Origin: an uncultured Gemmatimonadales bacterium
Lineage (GTDB): Bacteria; Gemmatimonadota; Gemmatimonadetes; Longimicrobiales; RSA9
NCBI GenBank assembly: GCA_963783305.1
Contig: CAWAMW010000012.1
Location: 90,843-154,842 of the forward strand
Direction of reading: 5' to 3'
Length of the DNA stretch: 64,000 bases
The notes under the pieces were generated by a model. It saw only the letters and a program-made list of their open reading frames with translations, was not told the origin of the DNA and searched no databases. The position numbers were made by a program, and so were the translations under genes. Below, piece by piece: positions 23,560 through 34,260 of the stretch. How positions within the stretch are numbered: position 1 is the first letter of the stretch; the number at the start of each line of letters is the position of its first letter.

Positions 23560-24356
23560 CCGTGGCGACGGGGGGCGGAACTTCCCAGCGGGACTTGCCG
23601 GTCCTGACAGGGCTGGAAGGCGGGGTCCTCACCCTGACGCTCAACCGGCCGGGGAAACGCAACGCGCTGAATCAGGGCACCATCTCCGATCTGAAGGCGC
23701 ACCTCGCGGACGCCGCGGAGAACGGCGAGGTTCGGGTCATCCTGCTGCGGGCGAACGGCCCCGACTTCTGTGCGGGCGCGGACCTGCAGGCGATGCAGCG
23801 GATGGCGGGGGACGCCGACCCCATGGCGAACCTGGCGGACGCGCAGGGACTGGGTGAGCTGCTGGTCCTCATGCGGCGGCATTCCCGGACCATCATCGGC
23901 GCTGTGCATGGGAGTGCGCTCGCGGGAGGAGCCGGTCTGGCCACGGCGTGCGACCTCGTCCTGGCCCGCGAGGACGCGGTGTTCGGCTACCCGGAGGTAA
24001 AGCTCGGCTTCGTCCCCGCCATGGTCATGGCGCTGCTCCGCCGCACCGTGGGCGAGAAGGTGGCGTTCGAGCTCGTGGCCCGCGGCGAGCGGCTCGATGC
24101 CCGTGAGGCGGCAGCGCTCGGACTGGTGAACCGCGTGATCCCGGAAACCGAATGGGACGCGAGCGTGACCGCCTACGCGTCTGAGCTGGCCGCGCACTCT
24201 ACGTCCGCGCTGGCGCTCATCAAGCGGCTCCTATACGGCATGGACGGCCTGTCCTTCGAGGAGGCCATCGCCCGCGGTGCCGAGGTGAACGCCCTCGCCC
24301 GTCTCACGCCCGACACCCTCGAGGGCGTCCGCAAGTTCCTGGACCGCACCCGGTAG
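23556..24356 (+). CDS. Enoyl-CoA hydratase/isomerase (methylglutaconyl-CoA hydratase-like)
   Basis: TLNRP.KRNAL, FCAGADL, ALAGGAGL...CD, PEVKLG. Confidence 0.9.
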   Translation: MTVATGGGTSQRDLPVLTGLEGGVLTLTLNRPGKRNALNQGTISDLKAHLADAAENGEVRVILLRANGPDFCAGADLQAMQRMAGDADPMANLADAQGLGELLVLMRRHSRTIIGAVHGSALAGGAGLATACDLVLAREDAVFGYPEVKLGFVPAMVMALLRRTVGEKVAFELVARGERLDAREAAALGLVNRVIPETEWDASVTAYASELAAHSTSALALIKRLLYGMDGLSFEEAIARGAEVNALARLTPDTLEGVRKFLDRTR

Positions 24357-24357
24357 C

Positions 24358-24588
24358 ATGTTCGTTCGACGCGGCGAAACCACCGGCCGGTGGCTCGGCG
24401 CTCGCATGAGCGCGTTCAGCCTCGGTGCCGTCCTCGCCCTCCTGGGTATGGCGCTCGGGAGAGACTGGCTCGTGGTCGTGGCCGGTGTCGTGCTGCTCGC
24501 TGGGGTCCTCCTCGGGCTGGCGGCGCGCCGTCTAGACCAGCGCGCCGCCCCGACCCCGAGCGACGACGACATCGCCGAGGACGGCTGA
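24358..24588 (+). CDS. Small two-helix membrane protein
   Basis: Hydrophobic ORF immediately after the crotonase stop. Confidence 0.55.
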   Translation: MFVRRGETTGRWLGARMSAFSLGAVLALLGMALGRDWLVVVAGVVLLAGVLLGLAARRLDQRAAPTPSDDDIAEDG

Positions 24589-24717
24589 GCTCGCGGCGAT
24601 GGCGCGGCCCCTCAAGTACGCGCCAGCCCGGGCCGATACTGACTCTGTCGAGCTCTCCCCGAGGCGCGGCCGTCCTGCTGCAGGGCCGTTGGGTCACTAC
24701 ATACACGGGATGATCAG

Positions 24718-27700
24718 GTGCCGCCCCTGAACAGGCAGACGATCCAGGTGTTGCTGGTCGAGGATGACCGGGACGGTGCCGAGATCATCCGAGAATACGT
24801 AGCCTCTGCGCCGGGGCTGGATGTGCGGCTCCACCGCGCCGAGACCCTCGCGAGCGCCGAAGCCCGGCTGCGCGAGGAGCCCGAGTTCGACCTGGTGGTG
24901 CTCGACCTCACCCTGCCGGACGCGGCGGGGACCGAGACGCTGGACCGGGTGGCGGCCCTCGCGCCGCGTCTGCCGATCGTCGTGCTGGCCGGGCTCGAGG
25001 ACGCGGAGCTCGCCTGGGAAGCGGTCCGCAGGGGAGCCGCCGACTACCTGCTCAAGGACGACCTGACCCCCGACCTGCTACTCAGCTCGCTCCGCTACGC
25101 CCTCGACCGGGCCGAGGGCGTCCGCCGACAGCGGGAGAGCGAGGAGTGGTTCCGGGCGCTGGTGGAGAACGTGTCCGACGTCGTGGCGGTCCTGGACCCG
25201 GAGGGCTTCCTGCGCTATGCCAGCCCATCGCAGCGCGCGGTGCTCGGCTACGATCCGGGATCGCGCGTCGGAAAGAGCGTCCTGGAGCTGGTCGCGCCCG
25301 AGCATCAGGACGAGGCGCGCGCCCTGCTGAAGGAGCTGCTGGAGGGCGGGGAACGGGTCAGCTTCCAGCTGCCGGTACGTGCGGCGGCGGGTGACTGGCG
25401 GATCCTCGTGGGCGACGCGAGGAACCTGCTCGACGTGCCCGCCGTCCGGGGCGTGATCGTCACCGCGCGAGACGTCACCACCGGCGTGGAGCGTGAGCGG
25501 CTGCTGCAGCGGCACACGGACGAGCTTACGGAGCGGGTGAAGGAACAGCAGTGCCTCTACCGCGTCCTGCACGTCCTCCACGCCGCCGCGCCGACCCCTG
25601 TCGCGGTCTTCGATGAGGTCGTCGCGGCGATTCCGCACGGCTTCCAGTTCCCCGCCTCCACGGCGGCGCGCCTCCGCATCCGCGAGCGCACCTGGTCCTC
25701 GCCCGGGTTCGAGGAGACACCCTGGTGTCTCGAGGCCCTCGTGCGGGTGGGCGCCGCGGCGGATGCGGGGGTCATCCAGGTGGTGCGGACCGGGCTGGAG
25801 GAAGGGGAGGGCGCGCCGTTCATCCCGGAGGAGCAGGCGCTGATCCAGGCGATCGCCGACGCCGTGGCCCACGCGCTCGGGCTGGCCCGCGTGGAGGAGG
25901 AGCTGCGGGACCGGGAGGCGTATTTCCGCGGCATTACGGAGCACTCCACGGACACGATCTTCATCCTCGACGGCGACCTCGTCCCGCAGTACATGAGCCT
26001 TGCCGGCGTGCGGGCGCTCGAGCCCGAGGCATTCGAGGAGGGCAGGACCCAGGGCCCCTGGCCGGACCTGTACAAGCGTGTCCACCCCGATCACCTCGAG
26101 CCCCTCCGGGCCCTGCTGTTGGACACGGGCGCCGCCGAGGGCGAGGCGCGCCGCATGGAGATCCGGGCGCGGGTAGGCGACGAGTGGCGGACGCTGGAGC
26201 TGGCCGTTCGCAATCTCCTGGACGACCCGGCCGTGGGCGGGATCGTGGTCAACGCCCGGGACATCACGGAGCGGCGTCGCACGGAAGAGCGCTACCGGAC
26301 CCTCTTCGAGACGACGGGGCAGGGAGTGATGTACCAGAACGCCGACGGCACGATCGTCTCGGCGAACCCGGCGTCGGAGCGGATCCTCGGCCTCACCGTG
26401 GACCAGATGGTGGGTCGCAAGAGCGTGGACCCGCGCTGGCGGGCCGTACGTCGGGACGGCAGCCCATTCCCCGGGGACGAGCAGCCCGCCATGAGTGCGC
26501 TGCGGACAGGCCAGCCCGCCGAAGATGTCATCATGGGCGTGTACAACCCCCACGAGGAGCGGACCCGCTGGATCAGCGTTGATGCCCGTCCGCAGTTCCG
26601 TCCGGGTGAGGCGGAGCCGTACCAGGTGTACAGCACCTTCACCGACATCACCGATCGGGTGGACAACGAGGAGTCGCTGCGTCGGAAGGATGCGATCCTG
26701 GAGGCCATGAGCGTAGCTGCCGAGCGGTTCCTCGCCGGGGGCCCGGAGGCGGAAGCCATGGACGATGTGCTGGGCGCCCTCGGCACCGCCACCGGCGTCT
26801 CGTCCGTGGACGTCTGGAAGCTGCGGGATCCGGCCCAGGGATTGGCCGACACCCTGCAGTACCGGTGGATCGCCCAGGGGAGCCGCTCCGATGTGGGTGG
26901 CCCTCCGCTCCAGCCGCTGCCGGCGGATCTGAAATGGAGGGAGCCGCTTCAGCGAGGGGCCGTGGTGCACGGTCGACGGGACACGCTGCCGCTCCCCGCG
27001 GGTGCGGCTCTGGAGCGCATTGGGGTCCGCACGGTCGCGCTCCTCCCGGTCCTCGTTGGCGCCGATCTGTGGGGCTGCCTCCGTCTCGTGGACCGTACCG
27101 CGGACCGCACCTGGTCCACCGCGGAGATCGATGCGCTCAAGGCCGCCGCCGCCATTTTCGCCGCGGCGCTCCAGCGCCGGCGGGACGAGGACGCGCTCCG
27201 CCAGCGGGATCAGCAGCTTCTGCAGGTGCAGAAGATGGAGGCGGTCGGGCGGCTGGCCGGTGGGATCGCCCACGACTTCAACAACCTGCTCACCGCTGTG
27301 AGCGGCTATGCGGACCTGGCGAGCGAGGAGTCGGGCGACCCGCGTGTGGCGGAGCAGATGGCGGAGATCCGAAAGGCCGCGGACCGTGGCGCGGGTCTCA
27401 CCCGGCAGCTCCTGGCGTTCGGTCGTCAGACACTGGTGGAGGAGCGGATCATGGACCTGGCCGGGGTCGTCCGGGCGATCGAGCCCATGCTCGATCGGCT
27501 TCTGGGGGAGCGAATCCAGCTGGAGTCGGTCATCGACCATGAGCGTCACGCCGTGCGGATGGACCCGTCGCAGGTGGAACAGGTGATCATGAACCTGGTC
27601 CTGAACGCCCGCGATGCCGTGGAGGCGGGCGGCCGCATCCGGGTGTCCGTGGAGGCGCTCGAAGTGAAGGATGAGCAGACCCCGGCCATGCTGCCCGATC

Positions 27701-28386
27701 GGCCGCCGCCGGGTCGGTACGCGTCGCTCACCGTCGAAGACGACGGGGTCGGCATGGACGAGTCCGTCGTGGAGCACGTCTTCGAGCCCTTCTTCACCAC
27801 GAAGGGGCCCGGCCGCGGCACCGGCCTGGGCCTCAGCACCGTCTATGGCATTGTCCGGGACGCCGGTGGGTTCATCGACGTGCGGTCGGAGCTCGGTGGC
27901 GGCAGCCGGTTCACCATCCTGATCCCGGCGGCGGAAGGCGATATCCAGGAGATCGGGACAGCCGCGAACGCGGACGGGGAGCAGGAGTCGGGTACCGGCG
28001 TCATTCTGGTGGTCGAGGACGAGGCCGCCGTCCGGGCCGTGGCCGTGCGGGCTCTGCGCCGGTCGGGGTATACGGTGCTGGAGGCCGGGAGCGGTGCCGA
28101 TGCGCTCGCGCTCATGGAGTCCTACGACGGCCCCTTCGACCTGCTCCTGAGCGATGTCGTCATGCCCGGCGTGAGCGGCGTCACGCTCTCAATGCGCCTT
28201 CGCGAGATCTTCCCGGACCTGCGGGTGATCCTCACATCCGGATATGCGCAGGATGAGTTCGGCGACATCGATCTCGAGGCGTCCGCCATCGCGTTCCTCC
28301 CGAAGCCGTATACGCCTGCCAGCCTGGTGGCGAAAGTCGCCATGGCCATGCGATCCCCCGAGGCAGCCGACCCGGACCAGGCCTGA
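24718..28386 (+). CDS. Hybrid sensor histidine kinase (REC-PAS x3-GAF-HisKA-HATPase-REC)
   Basis: VLLVEDD, repeated PAS/PAC ends (RDVT, RDIT, TDIT), [27 protein letters not shown]-terminal DVVMP. Confidence 0.93.
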   Translation: MPPLNRQTIQVLLVEDDRDGAEIIREYVASAPGLDVRLHRAETLASAEARLREEPEFDLVVLDLTLPDAAGTETLDRVAALAPRLPIVVLAGLEDAELAWEAVRRGAADYLLKDDLTPDLLLSSLRYALDRAEGVRRQRESEEWFRALVENVSDVVAVLDPEGFLRYASPSQRAVLGYDPGSRVGKSVLELVAPEHQDEARALLKELLEGGERVSFQLPVRAAAGDWRILVGDARNLLDVPAVRGVIVTARDVTTGVERERLLQRHTDELTERVKEQQCLYRVLHVLHAAAPTPVAVFDEVVAAIPHGFQFPASTAARLRIRERTWSSPGFEETPWCLEALVRVGAAADAGVIQVVRTGLEEGEGAPFIPEEQALIQAIADAVAHALGLARVEEELRDREAYFRGITEHSTDTIFILDGDLVPQYMSLAGVRALEPEAFEEGRTQGPWPDLYKRVHPDHLEPLRALLLDTGAAEGEARRMEIRARVGDEWRTLELAVRNLLDDPAVGGIVVNARDITERRRTEERYRTLFETTGQGVMYQNADGTIVSANPASERILGLTVDQMVGRKSVDPRWRAVRRDGSPFPGDEQPAMSALRTGQPAEDVIMGVYNPHEERTRWISVDARPQFRPGEAEPYQVYSTFTDITDRVDNEESLRRKDAILEAMSVAAERFLAGGPEAEAMDDVLGALGTATGVSSVDVWKLRDPAQGLADTLQYRWIAQGSRSDVGGPPLQPLPADLKWREPLQRGAVVHGRRDTLPLPAGAALERIGVRTVALLPVLVGADLWGCLRLVDRTADRTWSTAEIDALKAAAAIFAAALQRRRDEDALRQRDQQLLQVQKMEAVGRLAGGIAHDFNNLLTAVSGYADLASEESGDPRVAEQMAEIRKAADRGAGLTRQLLAFGRQTLVEERIMDLAGVVRAIEPMLDRLLGERIQLESVIDHERHAVRMDPSQVEQVIMNLVLNARDAVEAGGRIRVSVEALEVKDEQTPAMLPDRPPPGRYASLTVEDDGVGMDESVVEHVFEPFFTTKGPGRGTGLGLSTVYGIVRDAGGFIDVRSELGGGSRFTILIPAAEGDIQEIGTAANADGEQESGTGVILVVEDEAAVRAVAVRALRRSGYTVLEAGSGADALALMESYDGPFDLLLSDVVMPGVSGVTLSMRLREIFPDLRVILTSGYAQDEFGDIDLEASAIAFLPKPYTPASLVAKVAMAMRSPEAADPDQA

Positions 28387-28459
28387 GACCCGGCCGCCGG
28401 CACGACTGTCGCATTCACGGAGCGCGGAACCCCGAATGGATTGGATGTCACGCCTCTAG

Positions 28460-29494
28460 ATGTCGCGTCTCACTCTCTGGATTGGCTTCAACGTGCTGGT
28501 CCTGCTGCTCCTGGCACTGGACCTCTTCGTCTTTCACCGCGAGGCCCACGAGGTCCGGACCCGGGAGGCCGCCGGCTGGACCATCTTCTGGATCGCACTG
28601 GCCCTGATCTTCAACGCCGGGATCTACTGGTTCATGGGCCCCGAGCAGGGGCTGGCGTTCCTGACCGGCTACCTCATCGAGAAGGCCCTCAGTGTAGACA
28701 ACATCTTCGTCTTCGTGATGGTCTTCGCCTTCTTCAACGTGCCGGCGAAGTACCAGCACCGCGTCCTCTTCTGGGGGATCCTGGGCGCGCTGGTCATGCG
28801 CGGCGCCATGATCGGGGCGGGTGCCTACCTGATCCACCAGTTCTACTGGGTCATCTACATCTTCGGCGGCTTCCTGATCATCACCGGGATCCGCATGGCG
28901 TTCCACCGGGCACAGGACATCGAGCCGGAAGCCAATCCCGTGATCCGGCTGGTGCGGCGGCTGCTTCCGATTACCAGCACCTATCACGGCCAGCGGTTCC
29001 TGGTGCGGGAGACGGTAGAGGAGCGGGCGCAGGACGGTTCGGGGATCGTCCGGAACACCAGGCTGATGGCCACACCGCTGTTCGTCGTGCTCGTCTTCAT
29101 CGAGACGACGGACCTCATCTTCGCCCTCGATTCCATCCCCGCCATCTTCGCCATCACCACCGACGCGTTCATCGTCTACACCTCCAACGTCTTCGCCATC
29201 CTCGGACTCCGGGCCCTCTATTTTCTGCTCGCCAGCGTCATCCACAAGTTCCAGTACCTCCAACTGGGCCTGAGCGTGGTCCTCGTGTTCGTCGGCGCCA
29301 AGATGCTCATGGAAAAGGTCTACCCCATCCCCGTGGGCATTTCCCTCGGGGTGGTCGCCGTCGTCCTGGCCGCCTCCATCGTCGCGTCGCTCGTCTGGCC
29401 GGCGGAGACCGGCGAAGCCACGCCCGCCAACGCCACGACCGACGCGGAGCAGGACCGGCATCTGGAGGAGCAGGATCCGCCCGAAGCGGCCTGA
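28460..29494 (+). CDS. TerC/Alx family membrane protein
   Basis: GYLIEKALSVDNIFVF, DLIFALDSIPA, TSNVFAILGLRALYF. Confidence 0.93.
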   Translation: MSRLTLWIGFNVLVLLLLALDLFVFHREAHEVRTREAAGWTIFWIALALIFNAGIYWFMGPEQGLAFLTGYLIEKALSVDNIFVFVMVFAFFNVPAKYQHRVLFWGILGALVMRGAMIGAGAYLIHQFYWVIYIFGGFLIITGIRMAFHRAQDIEPEANPVIRLVRRLLPITSTYHGQRFLVRETVEERAQDGSGIVRNTRLMATPLFVVLVFIETTDLIFALDSIPAIFAITTDAFIVYTSNVFAILGLRALYFLLASVIHKFQYLQLGLSVVLVFVGAKMLMEKVYPIPVGISLGVVAVVLAASIVASLVWPAETGEATPANATTDAEQDRHLEEQDPPEAA

Positions 29495-29607
29495 CCTCCC
29501 CGGCTCGCCCCCGCCTCGCCCCCGCCTCGCCACCGCTTCCAGGGCGCGGATCCTGCACGCCGCGACCCCTTCGACGACGCGCAGCCACACGTTCCCGAGG
29601 AGCCGCC

Positions 29608-31138
29608 ATGCACCACCCGCTCTGGACCGAGACCGCAGACCTCCCCGAGTACCCACCCCTCCACGAGGACCTGACCTGCAATGTCTGCGTGGTCGGCGCC
29701 GGCATCGCCGGGATCAGCATCGCGTACCGGCTGGCCGGGGAGGGGAAGAGCGTCGTCGTAATCGACCAGAGCCACCTCGCCGGTGGCGAGACGCACCACA
29801 CGTCCGCCCACCTGGCCAGTGCGCAGGACGACCGCCTTTTCACCATTGAGGACGAGCACGGCGAGACCGGCGCCCGACTCGCCGCGGCCAGCCACGCGGC
29901 CGCCATCGACTGGATCGAGCGGGTGGGCCGCGAGGAGTCCATCGACTGCGATTTCCGCCGCGTCCCCGGCTATCTCTTCCTCGGACCGGAGGACGACCCG
30001 GAAACGCTCGACCGCGAGCTCCACGCAGCGCACCGCGCCGGCCTCGCCTGTGAGCGCCTGGAGGGGGCGCCGATCGCGGGCTTCGACACGGGCCCCTGCC
30101 TCCGTTTTCCCGATCAGGCACGCTTCCACCCCCTGCGCTTCGTTGCGGGCCTCGCCCGGGCGCTGGAGCAACGCGGCGGCCGCATTTTCTCGCATACGCG
30201 GGCCGTGGGGATCGACGACAGCCGTTCCAGTGGACCGCGACGGGTCCGAACCGCCGGCCACGGCGCCGCGGCGGAGCCGGGCGACGCGGAAGGCCCCACC
30301 ATCACCGCCGACCACGTGGTGCTCGCGACCAACTCGCCGGCCGGGCACTACCTGACCACGATGAAGATGGTGCCCTACCGCACCTTCATCGTGACGCTCC
30401 GCCTCACGGGCGAGCTCTCCGATGGCCTCTACTGGGACACGGCCGACCCGTACCATTACGTCCGCCTGTCACAGGACGCCGAGGGCCCGCTGCTGATCGT
30501 GGGCGGAGGCGACTATCAGACCGGCACGAGGGACGAGGGCGACCAGAGGCACGCGTCGCTCGAGGCGTGGGCGCGGGCGCGGTTCCCGGTGGGCGACGGT
30601 CGCCTACCGCTGGTCCGGACAGGTGCTGGAGCCCGCGGACTCCATGGGCTTCATCGGTGAGGCGGAGACGGAGTCACGCGTCTGGGTCGTCACCGGAGAC
30701 AGCGGCCAGGGGCTGACCCACGGCGTCATTGGCGCTCTGGTCATCGGAGACGGCATCCTTGGACGGGAGAATCCCTGGAGCGAGCTCTACGACCCGCGCC
30801 GGGTCACGCCCGCGGCCGCGCGCGACTATGTCGTGGACGCCGTGAAGATCGGCTCCCGGTTCGTCGACTGGCTGAAGCCCGGCGAGGTGAGCAGCGAGGA
30901 CGAGGTCCCCCGGGGGCACGGCGCCATACTCCGCACCGGTCCCCGCCCCGTGGCCGTCCATCGGGACGAGCAGGGCACCGTCCATCGGCGCTCGGCCGTA
31001 TGCACGCACCTCGGCTGTATCGTCCACTGGAACTCCACCATGCAGAGCTGGGACTGCCCGTGCCATGGCTCCCGGTTCTCGGGGGAGGGGGAAGTGCTGA
31101 CCGGCCCGGCCGTGGACCCGCTCCACCCGGTGGACTGA
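29608..31138 (+). CDS. FAD-dependent oxidoreductase with C-terminal Rieske [2Fe-2S] domain (YhfW-like), one frameshift near 30598
   Basis: VVGAGIAG; continuation VAYRWSGQVLEP.D..GFIG in another frame; CTHLGC...WDCPCHGSRF. Confidence 0.88.
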
Positions 31139-31167
31139 GGCGGGGCGGGCCCGGGCCGGAGGCGTCC

Positions 31168-31512
31168 TCAGGTGGCGGGGAAGACCCGATCCTCGCCGGT
31201 CTCCAGGTCGATGAAGCCGTCGCGGATCAGAAGGTCCTCGATGGCCGCGAGCGCCATCCCGCGCCGCGCCGGCGACCGCTCACCCGGACGATCCGACGCC
31301 TTGCCCATCCGGTCGCCCGCCGCGCCCCGTGAGTCGCTCGGGTCCTCCGCCGCCGACCCCACCGTCTCGTTCAGGTCCAGCACGTTCTCCATCACATACG
31401 CCCGCGCCTCTTCACGGCGCTCCTCCGGCCAGTCGCCGCCGCCGGTGGGCTCGTACGCGTCCAGCACCTCGTCCACGTCGTCTTTCTTGATCTCGTAAGG
31501 GACCGGGTCCAT
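31168..31512 (-). CDS. Hypothetical acidic protein
   Basis: GGAG RBS upstream, host-like codon usage; no family recognised. Confidence 0.7.
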   Translation of the reverse strand: MDPVPYEIKKDDVDEVLDAYEPTGGGDWPEERREEARAYVMENVLDLNETVGSAAEDPSDSRGAAGDRMGKASDRPGERSPARRGMALAAIEDLLIRDGFIDLETGEDRVFPAT

Positions 31513-31600
31513 TTCGCTCCTCCTGGTTGTTCACGTTTGGCTCCATGACGTGCCATTACCGTGCCGCCGGGACGAAGCCACAACGAGATCCGGCCCCTCG

Positions 31601-32158
31601 TCAGGGACGCCGGCGCGCCACCTCACGCACGTCCACGAAGCGCACACCCTCCGAGTCCAGCGCCCGCTCCAGCGTCCGCCCCTCCCGGCCCGGCTCCACC
31701 CGGACCAGCAGGTACTCCACCGGCTCTCCCAGCTTCGTCGTCCATGCCGGGATGGCGCCCCGCTCCACCACCTCCACGTCCAGCGCCGCTGTCAGACGCT
31801 CCACTCTCGCGCTGTCCACTCCCGCATCCAGGCCGAGGAAGATCAGGCCACAGGCGGCGTCCAGCGTGCGCGCCTCCGTTCCGCTCTCACCCTCTACCGT
31901 CACCCGACACCGGTCCACGATCCGGGCTTCGCTTCCGCCCTGCTCGGGCGGCAGGGTATCCTGGCCGTACAACCACTCGCCCGCCGCAATGGCCCGACTC
32001 CGCTCGACCGCCTCCCCCACGGGGTCGCCTCCATCCGCGGTCCCGCCGCAGGCCACCACCAGCGCCAGCACCCCCGTCAGAACCGGCAGCAGCGAGCCGC
32101 TGCTTGCCGCCCTCGACGACCCCGAGCCTTTCCACGTTCCCGTCCCTCGTCGCATCAT
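31601..32158 (-). CDS. Hypothetical lipoprotein
   Basis: Basic N-terminus, hydrophobic stretch, LVVAC lipobox; start uncertain. Confidence 0.6.
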   Translation of the reverse strand: MMRRGTGTWKGSGSSRAASSGSLLPVLTGVLALVVACGGTADGGDPVGEAVERSRAIAAGEWLYGQDTLPPEQGGSEARIVDRCRVTVEGESGTEARTLDAACGLIFLGLDAGVDSARVERLTAALDVEVVERGAIPAWTTKLGEPVEYLLVRVEPGREGRTLERALDSEGVRFVDVREVARRRP

Positions 32159-32298
32159 GACCCCATCCGCCGGATTTCCAATGACATCGTGCACCGCGCG
32201 GTCCAAGATGTCCGGCGCCTCTCGCCCTCACAACCGGGCGCATACAAATTGCACTCGGACCGTACACGACCTCAACACCTCCAGACGGAGCCGAACCG

Positions 32299-32664
32299 AT
32301 GCCCCTAGACCGCGTCCTCAGCGCTGATGTCCTCCGCTTCGATCTCGATGATGAGGAAGACAAGGCCACCCACCCCGATACCCTCGAGCGCGACGGCCGC
32401 AGCAGCCGGACCCTCCTCAAGGAAGGTCCGCTCCGCGTCACCCTCATCGTGCTCGGGCCCGGCGGCGGCATCCCCGCCCACGAGGCGCAGGGTCCCATCA
32501 CCATCCAGTCGCTCCGCGGCACCGTGGAGCTCCGGGCGGGCGACGAGACGTACCGCGTTGGACCGGGATCGCTGCTCGCCATTGACAGCGCCGTCCCCCA
32601 CGCCGTCTCCAGCACCGAGGGCGCCGCGTTCCTGCTCACGGTCACACACCCGATGAGCGTCTGA
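32299..32664 (+). CDS. Cupin domain protein
   Basis: RTLLKEGPLRVTL, IPAH.A.GPITIQ.L.G, VPHAV. Confidence 0.85.
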   Translation: MPLDRVLSADVLRFDLDDEEDKATHPDTLERDGRSSRTLLKEGPLRVTLIVLGPGGGIPAHEAQGPITIQSLRGTVELRAGDETYRVGPGSLLAIDSAVPHAVSSTEGAAFLLTVTHPMSV

Positions 32665-32716
32665 GGCCGGTCCGCCCGCGGCAGGCCGGATGAAGGATGG
32701 CAGCACCGGATAGGCC

Positions 32717-32750
32717 GAAGGCCACGAAGAGAAGTCTCTTCGTGGCCTTC
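32717..32750. terminator. Perfect 15-bp hairpin between convergent genes
   Basis: GAAGGCCACGAAGAG-AAGT-CTCTTCGTGGCCTTC. Confidence 0.7.
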
Positions 32751-32778
32751 TTGCGTCCAGCCAGGCGGGACTCGCTCG

Positions 32779-34131
32779 TTATGAGCGCCCGCGTCCGCCG
32801 CTCCGCTGGCTCCGGCCGCGGCGACTCCCGCCGCCGTTCCCATTCCCATTGCCGTTGCCGGCGCCATTCCCACCGCCGTTCTGCGCCTTGCGCTGAGCCT
32901 TGGCCTCGGCGCGCTTGCGCCCCTCCGCCCGCTCCGCGCGCATCTTCGCCAGCCGCTCCTGGAGCGGGACCTCCAGCGGGCCGTCGGCTTTGGCGGCCGG
33001 ATCGAACCCGTCGAGCGTCCGTCGCTCGATGGATCGTCCCACCTTCCGCTCGATGGCCTGGACCAGGCTGCGGTCCTCGGGGGTGACGAACGTGTATGCG
33101 TCGCCCGTTTCCTCCGCGCGGCCGGTGCGGCCCACGCGGTGGATGTAGTCCTCGGGCGTCGCCGGAACGTCGAAGTTGATCACGTGGTCGAGCGCCTCCA
33201 CATCAATGCCACGCGCCAGGATGTCGGTGGCGACCAGGACCCGGAACCGACCGGCCTTGAAGCCATCGAGGGCCTTCGTCCGCTGGCTCTGGCTCCGGTT
33301 GCCGTGGATCCGCTCCACGGCCACACCCTCGCGCTCCAGCTTCTGCGCCACCCGGTTCGCCCGGTGCTTGGTGCGGGTGAAGACGATGGCGTTGCCCACA
33401 TCACCGCGCCGGAGCAGCTCCACCAGCAGCGGGACCTTGCCCGTCTGCACCACCGGGTAGAACGCCTGGAGCACGCCCGCCGCCGGTGCCTGCTTCCGCT
33501 CCACGTCGATCCGCGCGGGGTCCTTCAGCATTTCCGCGGCCAGCTTGACAATGGCGTTCGGCATGGTGGCGGAGAAGAAGAAGGTCTGCCGCGCGCGGCG
33601 TGGCAGCTGCGCGATGATCTTCCGGATCTCCGGCAGGAACCCCATGTCCAGCATGCGGTCCGCCTCGTCCAGGACCAGCGTATCGATCCCCTCGAGCCCG
33701 CCGTGGGCACGGCCCATGTGGTCCATCAGCCGGCCCGGCGTGGCCACCATCACGTCCACACCGCGCTTGAACGCGCTCACCTGCGGGCCCATGGCTACGC
33801 CGCCGTAGATGGCGGCCACCGAGATGTCGGTGCGCGCCGCCAGCTCCCGCGTGTGCTCCTCCACCTGTGCCGCCAGCTCCCGCGTTGGCACGATCACCAG
33901 TGCACGGGTGTGGCCCCGCTCCTGCCCCAGTAGATGCTGGAGGATCGGCAGCATGAACGCCGCCGTCTTCCCGCTGCCCGTCGCCGCGCAGCCCAGCACG
34001 TCCCGACCCGCGACGCCCGCCGGGATCGCTGTCTGCTGCACCGGCGTCGGCGAGGTGAACCCCAGGTCCGACACGGCCGCCAGCAGCCGTGGGTCCAGCA
34101 TCATTCCAGCAAACTCTTCCTGCTTCGTCAT
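32779..34131 (-). CDS. DEAD-box RNA helicase (RhlE-like)
   Basis: PTPVQ, ATGSGKT, PTRELA, DEADRMLDMGF, SAT, ARGID, HRVGRTGRA. Confidence 0.96.
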   Translation of the reverse strand: MTKQEEFAGMMLDPRLLAAVSDLGFTSPTPVQQTAIPAGVAGRDVLGCAATGSGKTAAFMLPILQHLLGQERGHTRALVIVPTRELAAQVEEHTRELAARTDISVAAIYGGVAMGPQVSAFKRGVDVMVATPGRLMDHMGRAHGGLEGIDTLVLDEADRMLDMGFLPEIRKIIAQLPRRARQTFFFSATMPNAIVKLAAEMLKDPARIDVERKQAPAAGVLQAFYPVVQTGKVPLLVELLRRGDVGNAIVFTRTKHRANRVAQKLEREGVAVERIHGNRSQSQRTKALDGFKAGRFRVLVATDILARGIDVEALDHVINFDVPATPEDYIHRVGRTGRAEETGDAYTFVTPEDRSLVQAIERKVGRSIERRTLDGFDPAAKADGPLEVPLQERLAKMRAERAEGRKRAEAKAQRKAQNGGGNGAGNGNGNGNGGGSRRGRSQRSGGRGRS

Positions 34132-34182
34132 TCGTTTCCTTCGATTCGGATGTGCCCACCCGGCTCCGGATGGGTACGCACG

Positions 34183-34214
34183 AAAAAAGAGCCCCGGCGT
34201 CGGCCGAGGCTCTC
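34183..34214 (-). terminator. Rho-independent terminator
   Basis: Minus strand AGAGCCTCGGC-CGAC-GCCGGGGCTCT then a T-tract, just downstream of the kinase stop at 34261. Confidence 0.75.
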
Positions 34215-34260
34215 TCGATCGTACGAACGCGCCCCCCGATATGGGGACGCGTGCCCGAAG

